From Octopus sinensis (lineage: Eukaryota), in the NCBI RefSeq assembly GCF_006345805.1, contig NC_043009.1:15996001-16060000 (forward strand): a stretch of DNA of 64,000 bases, in the 5' to 3' direction. Under the pieces are notes generated by a model. That model had not been told where the DNA came from and made no database searches. It worked only from the letters and a program-made list of their open reading frames with translations. Position numbers and translations under genes: made by a program. Positions 41,914 to 54,994 of the stretch are shown piece after piece (within the stretch, counting starts at the first letter, position 1; each line of letters begins with the position of its first letter).

Positions 41914-42518
41914 ATATAGACCATTTTACCTTTGCCCATCCTGAAGACGTCGTGTAACGTTTACCTCACTCCCTTTGTTTCTCTCTCTCTCTCTCCCTGT
42001 ATCTATATACCTATCTCACTCTCTCTCTCTTTCTCTCTTTCTCTTTTCTCGCTTGCTATCTTTCTTCCTCTCCTCCGTGTTCTCTACATCTTCAAAATAG
42101 GTTACTCATTTTCATTCGCTCTTTATCAATTACTAACACTTCTCTTCTTTTCTCTGCTCTCCCTTTTGCTCTCTTCCTGTAAGTCACTTTCGGTTTAGGT
42201 GGAATTTTAAAAAATTATCTGCTTCACATTCTAGCAGTTACCCTCTTAATTTCTTTCTCTCTAAACACACGCGCGCATAATTGTATTGGGTTTTTCATTA
42301 TGGAAATGATCTTGTCATAAGCATATATACATACACACACAGGAATTCTCAAGCACTGGACATTTGTGTATACGATTTTCTGTGTATGTATGTGTGTATG
42401 TGTTGGTGTGTACGTATTTGACTGTATGTACTGGGAAGGAGAGAGCGAGGAGATGTGTATATATATATATATACTCCACCTGCCTTCGTCTTTTGTTTAT
42501 TTTCGTAAACTTTCCCTT

Positions 42519-42586
<68 letters not shown>

Positions 42587-43089
42587 CATATATATATACA
42601 TACATACATACATACATACATGCATATATACATACATTCATACATACATACATACATACATGCATACATACATACATACATATATAATTATAGACTGATT
42701 TTAAATTGGAATCAAATATTTATACAAATAATATCCAGCTGTATGTATTTTGGTGTGTCTGTCTGAATGTTCATATATTAGTCGGACTTTTTATTTATAT
42801 ATATGATATATATATACACCCCAAATATATGCGTGCTTACTTATTTTTGCATGTGCAGGAAATAGGTTCTTTAAATGTGGTCTATTTTAATATGAAATGA
42901 GAGAAATAGCAAACAACTTACTAGAAATAGCTGCATTTTAATCGCATTTTCTTCAGGTGAAATCTATAAAACATATATATTTTACATCAAACTACATTCC
43001 GCTTCAAATTTGTTGCCACATTTATGAATTTGCTTCATTACCTGAATAGAGAACTGCATTCTTAATTACGTTTACCTACAAGTAAGTTT

Positions 43090-43510
43090 ATATGTACACA
43101 TACACTCACATACATACATACATACATACATACATACATACATACACACAAACACACACACTCACACACACATATATATATACATATATATATGCACATA
43201 TATATATACATATATATACATATATGTACATATATATATACATACATGCATATATATATATATGCTTATACATATATATACATACATACATATATATATA
43301 TATGTATATATATACATATATATACATATGCATATATATATATATATATATATGTATATGTATATATATATACATACATATGTGTGTGTGTATATATACA
43401 CACATGCACACACTCATACACACACACATACGCTACATCTGTGTGTGTGTGCGCCCGCACAAATATATTCACATATTCACAAATATATATACATACACAA
43501 ACACAGATAT
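43090..43510. repeat. (TA)/(CA)/(TACA) compound microsatellite
   Basis: Direct reading; explains the stacked ORFs at 43062-43581. Confidence 0.95.
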
Positions 43511-44418
43511 ATATGGATGGAGAGAAAGAAAGAAAAAATGAGAAATTAAGAGCGAGAAAGATTTTGTATACTGTACTCTAGATTACAAAGATGTATTGAT
43601 GTTTTCAAGTCTATTCTTAGATTGTTGTAAATATGTTGTGTTTATAAACAATATATTCGTGAAAATAGGGATTAATCTGGTAAATACAGGAAAGAGATTA
43701 TAGCTAAATTTAGACTTCATAAAATATGGCATTAATCTTCTGATGGGTTTTCATTAACGGCTAAATGTCATTGTTTACAAACCTATTACTACTAAAGGGT
43801 TAAATAAACTAGATAGGTTATTTGCATTTGTATCACTTTCCGAGACGTAAATTTGTGTATTAAATCCTATAGTTTTAAGCAAAATTTACCTTCAGTGCTA
43901 TACTAACTACTGTAGACATCTATAGCTATTTTATGTAGTGAGTATGTCATTAAAACAATAGATATATAAATGGTTTTGCTAAATATTATATATACTTATA
44001 TTTGTACTTAACAAAAGTACAATAGACCATCACAGCTCTGAGCCCGTTGGAATTCTACTAGAGCAGTTTTTCTCAATAGAAATTCATATGAACCACGTGG
44101 GTCCGTAAAATATTTTGGCGGTCCACGGTAGTAATATAATAAATTAGCGAGCTACGTATTAAATAACAATTTTATCATGAACTATCAGTAAAATCCTAAG
44201 TAGGTTTATAAAGCATATTTCCCTTCAGATTCGCCAAATATTGTTTAGATATTTGTTAACCCAAATTTACGACTAACTGCTATAAAAGGTTCAACATTAT
44301 ATAAGCAGTGGTGATATAGCTTTGAATTGTGATATAGGATGGAGTAGAATTCCTCTCCCTCTGTAGCATTCTATGGATATTGGATCGATTAAATGTGCTT
44401 ATCTATATTTGGTCACAC

Positions 44419-45280
44419 TAGTCGGTACCCAAAAGAATCCAGAATTTTGCAATATTATTTTATTCACTTAGTTTTACATGTATACACTTTTATCGCATTC
44501 ACAGCATTCTCCATTTGAAGCAGCGCATTAATGCAGGCGCGTTTACCACTGTTCGAAGCAGTCCTAGAACTCTTGCAAAGTGATGCCGTTTAACATCCCT
44601 GTGGTTTTCTTCTTCACCTTTTCCACATCTTCAAATTTCGTAGCACCAGCATTTGTCACCAGTGATGACCTTCGAAAGGGATCCGGATCAAACACCAACT
44701 TTTCTTTCAGTTCACGACACGCATTCAGTCATGACTGCTTTTGATCTTCCGTGAGCAAGCGAGGCACAAATTTTGACACAGCGCTTTTCATTCGCAATTC
44801 CTCGCTCAAAATTCGTTGGCAGGAACTCCAGGACACTCCGGTCATATCAACAAGTTTGTCAATTGTTCAGTAATGGTCCTCCAAGATCAGTTCATGAATT
44901 TTCATAATGTTTTCCTTCGTTCAAGAGGTCGACGTTTACCTTGAACGAGGTTGGTCTTTAAGTGACAAGTGACCATTCCTAAAGCGTGGAAACCACTCGT
45001 AAACTTGCTTTGCTCATGGCCGCCGTTTATCCCAGTAGAAAACATAATTTCACGGAAGCATGCTGTTCTTTCATCTCCACCATCGCAAATATCGAAGAAC
45101 AGGGGAGAAGCACTGCAAAACAAAGACGCACCACGTAGTAGTACGACCCCACCAGACGACGCCAGTAGGCAGACGGAAGCTTGAGCGTCGCATCACGTGG
45201 CTTCTGGCGACAGAAGCTTGAACTTCAACGGGTTTGTCCCAAAGAGAACGTTTTCGGTTACTTTTGGGCAGCCCTTCGTA
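44419..45280 (-). mobile_element. Internally deleted mariner transposon
   Basis: Minus-strand VYEWFPRFRNGHLSLKDQPRS...SCQRILSEELRMK...FVPRLLTEDQKQ (WVPHEL-like); degenerate TA-flanked termini TACGAAGGGCTGCCCAAAAGTAACC and TAGTCGGTACCCAAAAGAATCC. Confidence 0.85.
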
Positions 45281-45603
45281 TGTCGAAGTGTGTGTGAGAT
45301 TGATTTTCATAATGTGAAAACGATGCCACAAATTACATTCTAAAGTTGTCCACATCCATTTACGATATCACTCAAGTGTAACAACAAGCACTATCTTATG
45401 CACTATGCACTATGCACATAGTTAGCCTCAAGATATTAATACTAAAAAGAAAAGAAAGAAAACGAATGTGCACTATGTATATATATTCATTTGATCGGCT
45501 AGAAATTGCAGCAAAATATCCCTCATGGCGCAGCCTAGTTTCTTAAACATTGGACAGACATATCAGATGATGTAGATATTAGGATTGAATATGATAATAT
45601 CAA

Positions 45604-45936
45604 GGCGTGTGGCTCAATGGTTAAAGTGTCGGGCTTACAATCATGGGGATGAGAGTTCGATTCCCGGACCAGGTTGTGTGTTGTGTTCTTGAGCAAGGCA
45701 CTTTATTTCACGTTGTTTCACTTCCTCAGCTGTAGAAATGAGTTGTGACGTCACTAGTGCCAAGCTGTATCGGTCTTTGCCTTTCTCTTGGATAACATCA
45801 GCGAAATGGAGAGAGGAGGCTGCTATCCATGAGCAATTGTTTGTCTTCCATAAACAACCTTGTTTGGAATTGTGCCTCGGAGGGGAACTTTCTAGTACAA
45901 CCACATGGTCATTCATAACCGAAGGGAGTTTTGCCC
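45604..45936 (+). mobile_element. CORE-type SINE family B
   Basis: GGCGTGTGGCTCAATGGTT A-box, GAGTTCGATTCCC B-box, TTGTGTTCTTGAGCAAGGCACTTTATTTCAC core. Confidence 0.85.
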
Positions 45937-46920
45937 ATTTTTATGACAAGTAACAAAGGATCGAATTTCTGTCATTATAGCTCTATCAGAGCTGACCTGG
46001 CCTAGAAATATCAATATTGAAGATTATTTTAGAAATTGCTAATCCAGCGTCTGTCATAAATACCTTAAAACTCCTGAGAAATATGGGGACATCCCTTGTC
46101 ACCGTGTCGCGGTTATATTCTACACCATGCTACCAGGCTACATCATTTCCGTCTAATCATATTTCCATTTGTGGAGTGGCTTCGCCTTACCTGCGAAATG
46201 TTCAAGGGAAACGATTCTAGGAACCATCTCAAACGCATACATTGATAAAAAAAAAATATTCTCAAAGTCGTTCTCCGTTTTTTTAAACAGTTCATATATT
46301 TCGAAGCACGTTTAGGTGTTACAAGTCTTTGCAATTAGGAATGATATGTTGAGTAAATAAGACTAATTATGTAACAACAATTACGAAACAAAGAGAACGC
46401 CTTAACCCAAATGACTAATATTATGTTAATCGCACTTTGGTAAGTACAAAACTGAAATATTGCGAGAAGAACAGGGTTCTTTGTTCTTGCCAAATTAGTG
46501 ACACTAATATTGCTAATATGGACAAAAATATGCCAAAGGTTATGTCAACAAAATAGGAAACTACCCAGAGACGCTAGCAATGGCTTCAAGTAATATTTTG
46601 TATTATACATATATACATACTTTATATATGTGTGTGTGTGTGTATGTGTGTGTGTGTGTGTGTATGTGTGTGTGTGTATGCACACACACATATTTAGTAT
46701 AATGAGTGATTGATTATTTATTTATTCGCAGCCTCAGATCACTACCAGATGAAATCAGTTTCAAAAAATCTGTGTTGTACTTTTCAGCTGTTATATCCTG
46801 CAATATATCCAGGAAGAAAACTGTGTTGTATACAACGCGCACATATATAAGAAAACACACCTGTATGCAAAGGTTGATCGATAGAGAGACAAACAGAGAA
46901 AGAGAGATCATTTACACTAG

Positions 46921-47169
46921 GATTCTTGTCTCGGGTATCCACAGCTAAAATCGATTCGTACTCTTTGCATAACAAACTAGATTTTATTCAATACGTGACT
47001 GCAAACACACACTGGAAATTTGACAATTCAGTAAATTGCTATGATCTAACTCCTCGTGCGATGTCAAAAGTCAATATAGTGACAGCAAACCATCCGTCGG
47101 AACTTTACGTGTACCTGCTTCTCAGCTCCAACTTACTTAACAATGATCTCACTGCTCAGTCAGGTTTCT
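46921..47169 (+). CDS. Candidate 249-nt symmetric (phase 1-1) exon, unidentified
   Basis: Acceptor TCATTTACACTAG, donor T|GTGAGTA, open frame FLSRVSTAKIDSYSLHNKLDFIQYV...NDLTAQSGF. Confidence 0.3.
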
Positions 47170-47314
47170 GTGAGTATATGTGCAATATTAGTGCGCGTAT
47201 TCTTCAAGGATTTTGTATTTAGATATACGTACGTACATATATATTCACACATCCATACATATATACATACGCACAAATACATACACACATATATGTATAT
47301 ATATGTATGTATAT

Positions 47315-47382
<68 letters not shown>

Positions 47383-47389
47383 ATAAAAT

Positions 47390-47703
47390 ATTAGGGAGTA
47401 ACTCTAAACTTACAGGGAAAAATTAGATTTAGGATTAAATCTAATTTTATAGTATAAATATATATATTAAATTAGAGATAAAACCACTATTAGGCAAATC
47501 AAACAGTGAAAATCATAAGCCAATACATAGAAATAAAATTAATTAAAAAATATAAAAAATATAAACTATAAAATATAAAAATCCAATTGGACTTTTATAT
47601 TTTATATTTTTTATATTTTTTAATTAATTTTATTTCTATGTATTGGCTTATGATTTTCACTGATTTGCCTAATAGTGGTTTTATCTCTAATTTAATATAA
47701 TAT
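47390..47703. mobile_element. AT-rich Penelope-derived family terminus with a fold-back palindrome
   Basis: Terminus shared with 29717; 47462-47580 is mirrored at 47592-47703 around CCAATTGG. Confidence 0.85.
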
Positions 47704-48212
47704 ACCTGAGCAAAGATACATTACTGTTGCATCATTTAGCTCATTGCGGTTATGCAATAAAACAAGACAAACTGTAAAGCATCTTATGCTACGCATCATG
47801 AAGACTACTAGTTTCATTGGATATATTAAAGATTTAGATACAGTTATAACCACAATTCCAGTCATTCCAAGAGATGTGTCCTTTAGACTTAGAAGGCTTC
47901 ATCTTCCAGGAAAATTTTAGCTTTGTCATATCAATCAACGGAACACTTATACCAGTCATTAACGCTTGCTGGAATTGTTTTTATCTAACATGCTGAAATG
48001 TTTGAATATATTCATGAGCCAATTTTACATGAAAAACATTCAGTATTCTGAGATACGGATTAGACAACTTCGTGAAATGTCGATGCTTTAATAGACACAG
48101 ATCATTGTTTGTATGGTAGTTCTAATATTCGAATCTGTGGGTTCCCTACAAATTGATTTAGTTCGAAGAGCAATTAAACTCACCTCAACTCTGCTTCGTA
48201 CTAATTTCCCAG

Positions 48213-48330
48213 TTGTTTTAAAGATTAAAGGATTTCATGGTATGCGTCGCCCTGTCCTTGGTGGTCTACTCGACTACAGCTTCGTCGACCAGATCTTCCA
48301 TGTTGGCATTGAGCTCCAATGTCAAAATTC
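48213..48330 (+). CDS. Candidate exon (VLKIKGFHGMRRPVLGGLLDYSFVDQIFHVGIELQCQN), unidentified
   Basis: Branch point plus acceptor CTAATTTCCCAG; donor TC|GTAAGA (alternative G|GTATGC after 48239); the only open frame is phase 1, compatible with 46921-47169. Confidence 0.3.
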
Positions 48331-48420
48331 GTAAGAGATAACTATATCCACCAAATTTAATCGCTATCGTCGAATAAAACTTTCAATTTCAGGCATTATC
48401 TTTAATCTTCATCTTACTCC

Positions 48421-48812
48421 AGTCATAAGACTGTTGCCATGCTGGGGAACGGCCTTCGACAATTCTTTTAGTTGAATTTATTGACCCCAGGGCTAATTTT
48501 TTTAAAATCCCAGTACATATTCTATCGGTCACTTTCGCCGAACTACTAAGTTACGTGGACGTAAACACACTAACGCCAGTTGTCAAGTGGTGTGTGTGTG
48601 GGAGGGCAAACATAGACAGAAACACACACGCATATATATAAATATATATACGACGGACTTTTCTCAGTTTCCGTCTATCAAATCCACTCACAAGGCTTTG
48701 GTCGGCCCGAGGCTATAGTAATATATACTTGCCCAAGGTACCACTCTGTGGGACTGAATCCGGAACCATGTGGTTGGGAACCAAGCTTCTTACCACACAT
48801 CCACGCCTGCAA
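48421..48812 (-). mobile_element. SINE family A
   Basis: Reverse complement of the family A consensus. Confidence 0.8.
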
Positions 48813-48943
48813 AGTTATTTAAATAAATTTTATGATGACAGAACATGGTGGATATATTTCCCACTCAATGGGATTTTAATAAATTTTCTTGCACATATAC
48901 TTTTCTCGCGATCAGTTTCAATTCTCTTATATGTTTGTTTTAG

Positions 48944-49036
48944 TTAAGTCAAGTTACATGTTCCATCTGGGTTTCACTCAACCTGTAGATGACTATTATT
49001 CAGATGAAGATGGGATTGCTGAAGAGATAATGCCAG
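48944..49036 (+). CDS. Candidate exon (KSSYMFHLGFTQPVDDYYSDEDGIAEEIMP), unidentified
   Basis: Acceptor TATGTTTGTTTTAG, 93 nt phase 1-1, weak donor G|GTGCTT. Confidence 0.2.
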
Positions 49037-49392
49037 GTGCTTCAGACATTATGCCACTAATCCACGAAGGAAATTTGCAACAAGATTTCGCATTCATCGT
49101 TGTTGCACAGATGATTGTTATCTCTCAGACTGGAATTATACCGATGAATAAATCAATTGGATAATTTTAGCTTAATATGATGAATTGGAGACATATAAAT
49201 GCGATTAGAGATAAACAATAAAGAGTCACTATCAAAATAAATGGCCAGTTTCAAGCGAAATTAGATACGAGGAAAAAATTGATTTCACAAACACTAATGC
49301 AAGAAATATGCTTCTAGATGATATACGATTCAAAAGCAAAGCAAGAGGACATATTAACAAACTTATATATGTGAATATCTATATGTGCAAAT

Positions 49393-49455
<63 letters not shown>

Positions 49456-50089
49456 TAGATAGATAGATACAAAGTATATGAGTTTAGTTCACAGGTGATC
49501 TAAACGATTAGGTGCGCATTAGTAGGGCTCCAAGGTTATAGCCAAGACGGTAGTTATGGAGCCATTGCAAATTTCCGATGCAGCGAATATAAAATTGTTA
49601 AAGAGGACAACAAACGTTAAGCCAAGGTAAACATCTCAAGTCATATACATTATTATTATTATTATTATTATTATTAGGAAAAATACAGTCTTACTGTATT
49701 TCTGGGATATCCCCGAGTATGGATATTCCGTCATCAGAGATAAATAGGGGAAAATAGGGAAAATTAGAAGGGTGTATATTAATGAAATGATGACATAGAG
49801 GAAGGGAGTGAAGGAATAAGAATAAGAAGATGAAGAGAGAGAAGAAAAAGAAGCATAAAAGTTCATAGTTCAACTTTCCGATGTTGTAGAAACAAGTCCT
49901 TGGGTACAAACCTGCGTAGATCCATCTGAAATATCGAACAAACAGTATCTAATTTCCTACTGTATTTCTTCCCGCGATTCTCCTTTAGACTGACATCAAT
50001 TTTTTTTTAAAGGCTAACAAAATCGGCGGAGGGAGATATTCGATTACATCCCTCCCAGTGCTCCACTGACCTATTTTCTTCCATTTTTT

Positions 50090-50235
50090 AACCTCTTAAT
50101 CCTCTCTGTCGAAGAGCATAAGCTCGAAACGTAAAAGACTTTTCCATTCGTCCCGAGTGTTAAACTATTACACCTGCTTGTTTTTCTTGCACCCGTGTTT
50201 ATCTTTTCTTTTCTGCAAATTTGAACTATATATTT
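50090..50235 (+). mobile_element. Short hammerhead-bearing Penelope-derived element (degenerate stem I)
   Basis: CTGTCGA-A-GAGC(ATAA)GCTC-GAAA-CGTA-AAAGAC at 50106-50139; homologous to 53050-53207. Confidence 0.65.
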
Positions 50236-50662
50236 TTATACATGCTAATCTTCAGAATTTAACTAACGACGAATATGTAGTTTTCATTTCCTCATTCATA
50301 TATTTAACATATTGCCATGACAATAATAATTATGATTACGAAGAAGACAACTGTTTTTAATTTAGGAAAAGTGTCGTTAATTTTTAAGGAAGTGAAATAA
50401 TCGATACCTTCAAATCTCGTATTTGCCGAATACTTTCCAACCCAGGATGACGAAATGCAAAGTTGTCTAAAGAGGGATTTGATTTCACAGCATAAAGATA
50501 CAATGCCTATAATTTGTTTGTCATTAAGCATCATTACAAGAAGAATATGTTAAAAAAGCGATGAGATGGGATTTGAAGAAGTGCAAATAAGTAATCACAT
50601 AAAAATGAGTGGTGAGAGAATTTGTTTCTGTATGTGTCTGTGTCTTTTATTTTTTGTACATA

Positions 50663-50825
50663 GGCGCAGGAGTGGCTGTGTGGTAAGTAGCTTGCTTACC
50701 AACCACATGGTTCCGGGTTCATTCCCACTGCGTGGCACCTTGGTCAAGTGCCTTCTACTTCAGCCTCGGGCCGACCAAAGCCTTGTGAGTGGATTTGGTA
50801 GACGGAAACTGGAAGAAGCCTGTCG

Positions 50826-50862
<37 letters not shown>

Positions 50863-51080
50863 ATGTTTGTATGTCTGTGTTTGTTTCCCCAATATCGCTT
50901 GACAACCGATGCTGGTGTGTTTACGTCCCCGTCACTTAGCGGTTCGGCAAAAGACAACGATAGAATAAGTACTAGGCTTACAAAGAATAAGTCCCGGGGT
51001 CGATTTGCTCGACTAAAGGCGGTGCTCCAGCATGGCCGCAGTCAAATGACTGAAACAAGTAAAAGAGTAAAAGAGTAAAG
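50663..51080 (+). mobile_element. SINE family A, near full length
   Basis: Complete head, (TA)(TG)n centre and tail. Confidence 0.9.
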
Positions 51081-52306
51081 AGAAATTCGTCGACATACTT
51101 TCTAAAAGAAGAGTGATGGATGATTTCCATGAAGCCATAACTGTATTGTTGGAATTTCGAAAACAACAATGATAAAAATGTGTAACACGATTCCTGACCT
51201 TGTGTAGCAACTGCCGTTTTCTATTTGCTTACCCCTAGAAAGTATGGAAAATGGCTAACATTTCCTTGAAACTTTTGTTTCGTTACCTTTATTCAAACCC
51301 CAAAGAATTCCTCTCAACACATGGATCTGATGCTCCCCCACTACTCCTGTTCATCATCACATATTGCCAGTACTAAATGACATGCTCAAGCAACTGACAA
51401 ACAAATCTGTGGTATTGAGCAGAATATTTGCTACAACGATATTTCTGCTTGAGCAACTCAGCGCTGAATCCAGCTGAAATGTAATGGAAAATAGGTCAGT
51501 GGAGCACTGGGATGGATGTAATCGACTCTCTCCCTCCGCCGATTTTGCTAGCTTTCTAATAAAATTTGATGCCAGTCTAAAGTACAATCGCGGAAGGAAA
51601 TACAATAGGTAATTAGATACTGTTTGATCGATATTTCAAAATTTATATTTACTTACCACACCCAAAACTAATGGTTAAAGCGTTATTAAACTGATATCTC
51701 AGATAGAAAGAAAGTGAAAGGAATTTAGCAATCTTGTAACAGATTGTGAGCAATCTTAAATCTTATCGCAAGTATAGATTATATCATTTAATATTTGAAG
51801 TTTTTCTTATCTCTGTTCGCATCGCAGCGATGTCACCTTGGTCTTCCATCCTTTCTTAGTCGATAAAATAAAGTATTAGTCAAGTACTGGGGTCGATAGT
51901 ATCGACTGGCGCTTCTCCTCCAAACAGCTGGTCTTGTAGTGCAGTTAAAAGTAATAAATATATGCATCTGTACATATTTGGCAACGTAGCGTATTCGCAA
52001 TGTTAGCGTTTTATTTAATCTTGGTTTCTTAAAGTAAATTCTCAATGCTTTCTATCTAGAATGTCATACGATATAGTGTATATTTAAACACATAACGAAT
52101 CCACTTACAGGGATTCTACACGCTAGAAAGAACAGTTAGGTTCTGTAACCACAAAAATTACAGATAAAATTCGACAGGAATAAATTTGGAAATGAAAAAC
52201 TTTTACCATCTAGTTTCCTGGACTAATTGGTTTCTAATCATCTTTTAGCGAGTCAAGGAGAACTCACAAGGTCTGATTTTTTTCAGCAGGTTCAACCTAG
52301 GGTTAA

Positions 52307-52557
52307 ACATATCCACACGAGATAAAAAAAGACTACTTGCCTCGTGTTTATACGAACTACCTTTTCAAATTTTACTGCGCAGACGCAATCCTTCGCTTTG
52401 ATATGATTAAATACCGTAAGTGTTTGGATAATTTTCGGTTAAAAGTTGGCGGTTTTTTATTGTAGCCAGCAAAGGACTGCGTCTGCGCAGTAAAGTTTGA
52501 AACGTTAGTTCGTATAAACGCGAGGCTAGTAGTCTTGTTTGTCTCGTGTGGATATGT
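52307..52557. mobile_element. MITE-like element with ~90-bp inverted arms
   Basis: 52307-52397 is the reverse complement of 52468-52557 (ACATATCCACACGAGA, CCTCGTGTTTATACGAACTA, TTTACTGCGCAGACGCA). Confidence 0.85.
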
Positions 52558-52769
52558 CGAATTTTATCCGTAATTTTTGTGGTTACAGAACCTAGAATGT
52601 CATATGTATATATACATACATAAATGTGTGTGTGTGTGTGTGTCCCAACCCCGGGACTTATTCTTTGTAAGCCTAGTACTTATTGTGTCGGTCTCTTTTG
52701 CAACACCGCTTAGTTACGGGGACGTAAACACACAAATATATACACATGTATATGCATATATATATATAT

Positions 52770-53040
52770 GACCGGGCTGCGTGTTGTGTTCTTGAGCAAG
52801 ACACTTTATTTCACGTTGCTCCAGTTCACTCAGCTGTAGAAATGAGTTGCGACGTCACAGGTGCCAAGCTGTATCGGCCCTTGCCTTTCCCTTGGACAAC
52901 ATCGGTGACGTGGAGAGGGGAGGCCGGTATGCATGGGCGACTGCTGGTCTTCCATGAAACAACCTTGCCCAGACTTGTGCCTCAGAGAGTAACTCTCTAG
53001 GTGCAAACCCATGGTCAGTGTCTGACCGGAGGGGGTCACT
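52770..53040 (+). mobile_element. 5'-truncated SINE family B
   Basis: Core TTGTGTTCTTGAGCAAGACACTTTATTTCAC and downstream body match 45604. Confidence 0.8.
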
Positions 53041-53049
53041 GTATATATA

Positions 53050-53207
53050 TAGGGAGAGTTTACGAAAAAAACAAAAGACGAAGCCAGGTGGTGTACAAAA
53101 CAAACAGAGGTATTAGTATAACGCTCGGGAATAGAAAAAGTCTTTTACGTTTCGAGCCTACGCTCTTCTACAGAAAGGGACACAGAAAAAACAAGGAGAG
53201 AAACAAG
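53050..53207 (-). mobile_element. ~160-bp hammerhead-bearing Penelope-derived element within (TA)n
   Basis: TA-repeat flanks on both sides; homologous to 50090-50235 and to the tail fragment at 42470-42520. Confidence 0.7.
53142..53177 (-). ncRNA. Minimal hammerhead motif with A6U core variant
   Basis: Minus strand: CUUU-CUGUAGA-A-GAGC(GUAG)GCUC-GAAA-CGUA/AAAG; all stems pair. Confidence 0.6.
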
Positions 53208-53274
<67 letters not shown>

Positions 53275-53856
53275 TATATATATATTTATATATAGAGGGC
53301 ATTATTATACATAGATGCCACACGCTAAGAGGGACAAAAAGTCATTTCTACCAAAAGTTTTACTAATCCCACCGAATGCAATCTTTCAAAGCAAGACATT
53401 TAAAAATATAGACTTGTATCACCTGTGATTTCGTACTTCCGTACTATTCAGCAAGCCTGGACGTATCATAAATAAAACGACCCTGTCTCGTCGAAGCCAA
53501 GCAGCTAACTGTTCAACTTCAACGAAGCACATGGGGGGGGGTTACATATATTACATCCGGTAAATGGCAGGCTTCTTCGAATTGCATTTCGGGTAGGAAA
53601 AGTTTTTTTGGAATAAAATTATTTAGCAATTAAGGACAACTTCTTAATAAGGAATCTTAATAAGAAATTATCAGGTAGATAGCGTGAAAAACCTCATAAG
53701 AGAAAAATTTCGAAAATAATCTTTTCTTATTGAACATATTATTTTATATATAGAGGGCATTATTATACATAGATGCCACATATATATATATAGATATATA
53801 TATATATTATATATATATATATATATAATATATATATATATATACATATATATATG

Positions 53857-53900
<44 letters not shown>

Positions 53901-54134
53901 ATATATATAATATATATATATATCTATATATATATATATATATAAATATTCGCTTTTATACGTATACATATATATAATGTTAATATACATGAATATACAC
54001 ATACACATAAATGCATATACATACACATAAATACATATACATACTTATATATAATATACAGACACAGACACACGTATACATACATACTTACATATGTACA
54101 TACATATTAATATATATATATATATAAATATATA

Positions 54135-54994
54135 CAGGTTGTCCCAAAATACCCTATACACATTCTTTTTTCAATTTCGTTTCAGGTATCATTCAGAGAG
54201 ATGTGAGGCCATCAACATTTGGCACCTTAGACTTTGCAGTTTTTGGAAGTGCATCCCTACCTTGCCTATGGCTCGCCAGTTGATGTCAGAGCATTGCAAA
54301 ATTACCGCTTGGCAAGGAGATTTTCAGTCCCCTATTGTAATTCATCGCAAGTTTGAGAAGGTTTATGGCCGTCACACTGCTCCGAAACATAGCATAATAT
54401 ATGCTATCCATAGAAATTTTCTCGAAAGAAGATCTGCTCTTGACAAACCACGGAGCGGAAGGCCTGCAACCACCAGTATTGATGGAAACACCGAACTCCT
54501 GAAGCATGCGCTCGCGTAAAGCCTGAGGAAGTCCATCCGGAGCGCTGTTCTGGAACTTAGCATCAACAAAAACTCGATTCAGCCGATGCTTCGGAGAGTT
54601 ATAAAGCTCTACCCGTACCGACTTCAGGTTGTTCAAAGGCTTCAGCGGAAGTTAACGATGCTCGTGTAAAAATGTGCGAATCATTCCTCTACTATTTCTA
54701 AAACGACTCCTAGTTCTTGTAAAACATATGGTTCAGCGACGAGTCTATCTGTCATCCCTCTGGTCGGGTAAACCGACACATTTGTCGAATTTGGGGAGAA
54801 TCAAAAGCAAGAGAAATTCTCGAACATGAACGAGACTCTCCGAAGCTAGTGCTATGATGTGCCATGGGCAAGGGAAGGATAGACTTAAAAAAACTGCAAT
54901 CTCTAAGGTATCAAATAGTGATGACTTCACGTCTCTCCGAAAGATACCTGAAACGAAATAAATAAAAGTAAGTGTATAGTGACTGTTGGACATC

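Larger units (their letters stand above)
49927..51638. repeat. Long-range inverted repeat: 49927-50085 versus 51478-51638
   Basis: TGAAATATCGAACAAACAGTATCTAATTTCCTA...CTTTAGACTGACATCAA...CAAAATCGGCGGAGGGAGA...CCCAGTGCTCCACTGACCTATTTT is mirrored about 1.4 kb downstream. Confidence 0.85.
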
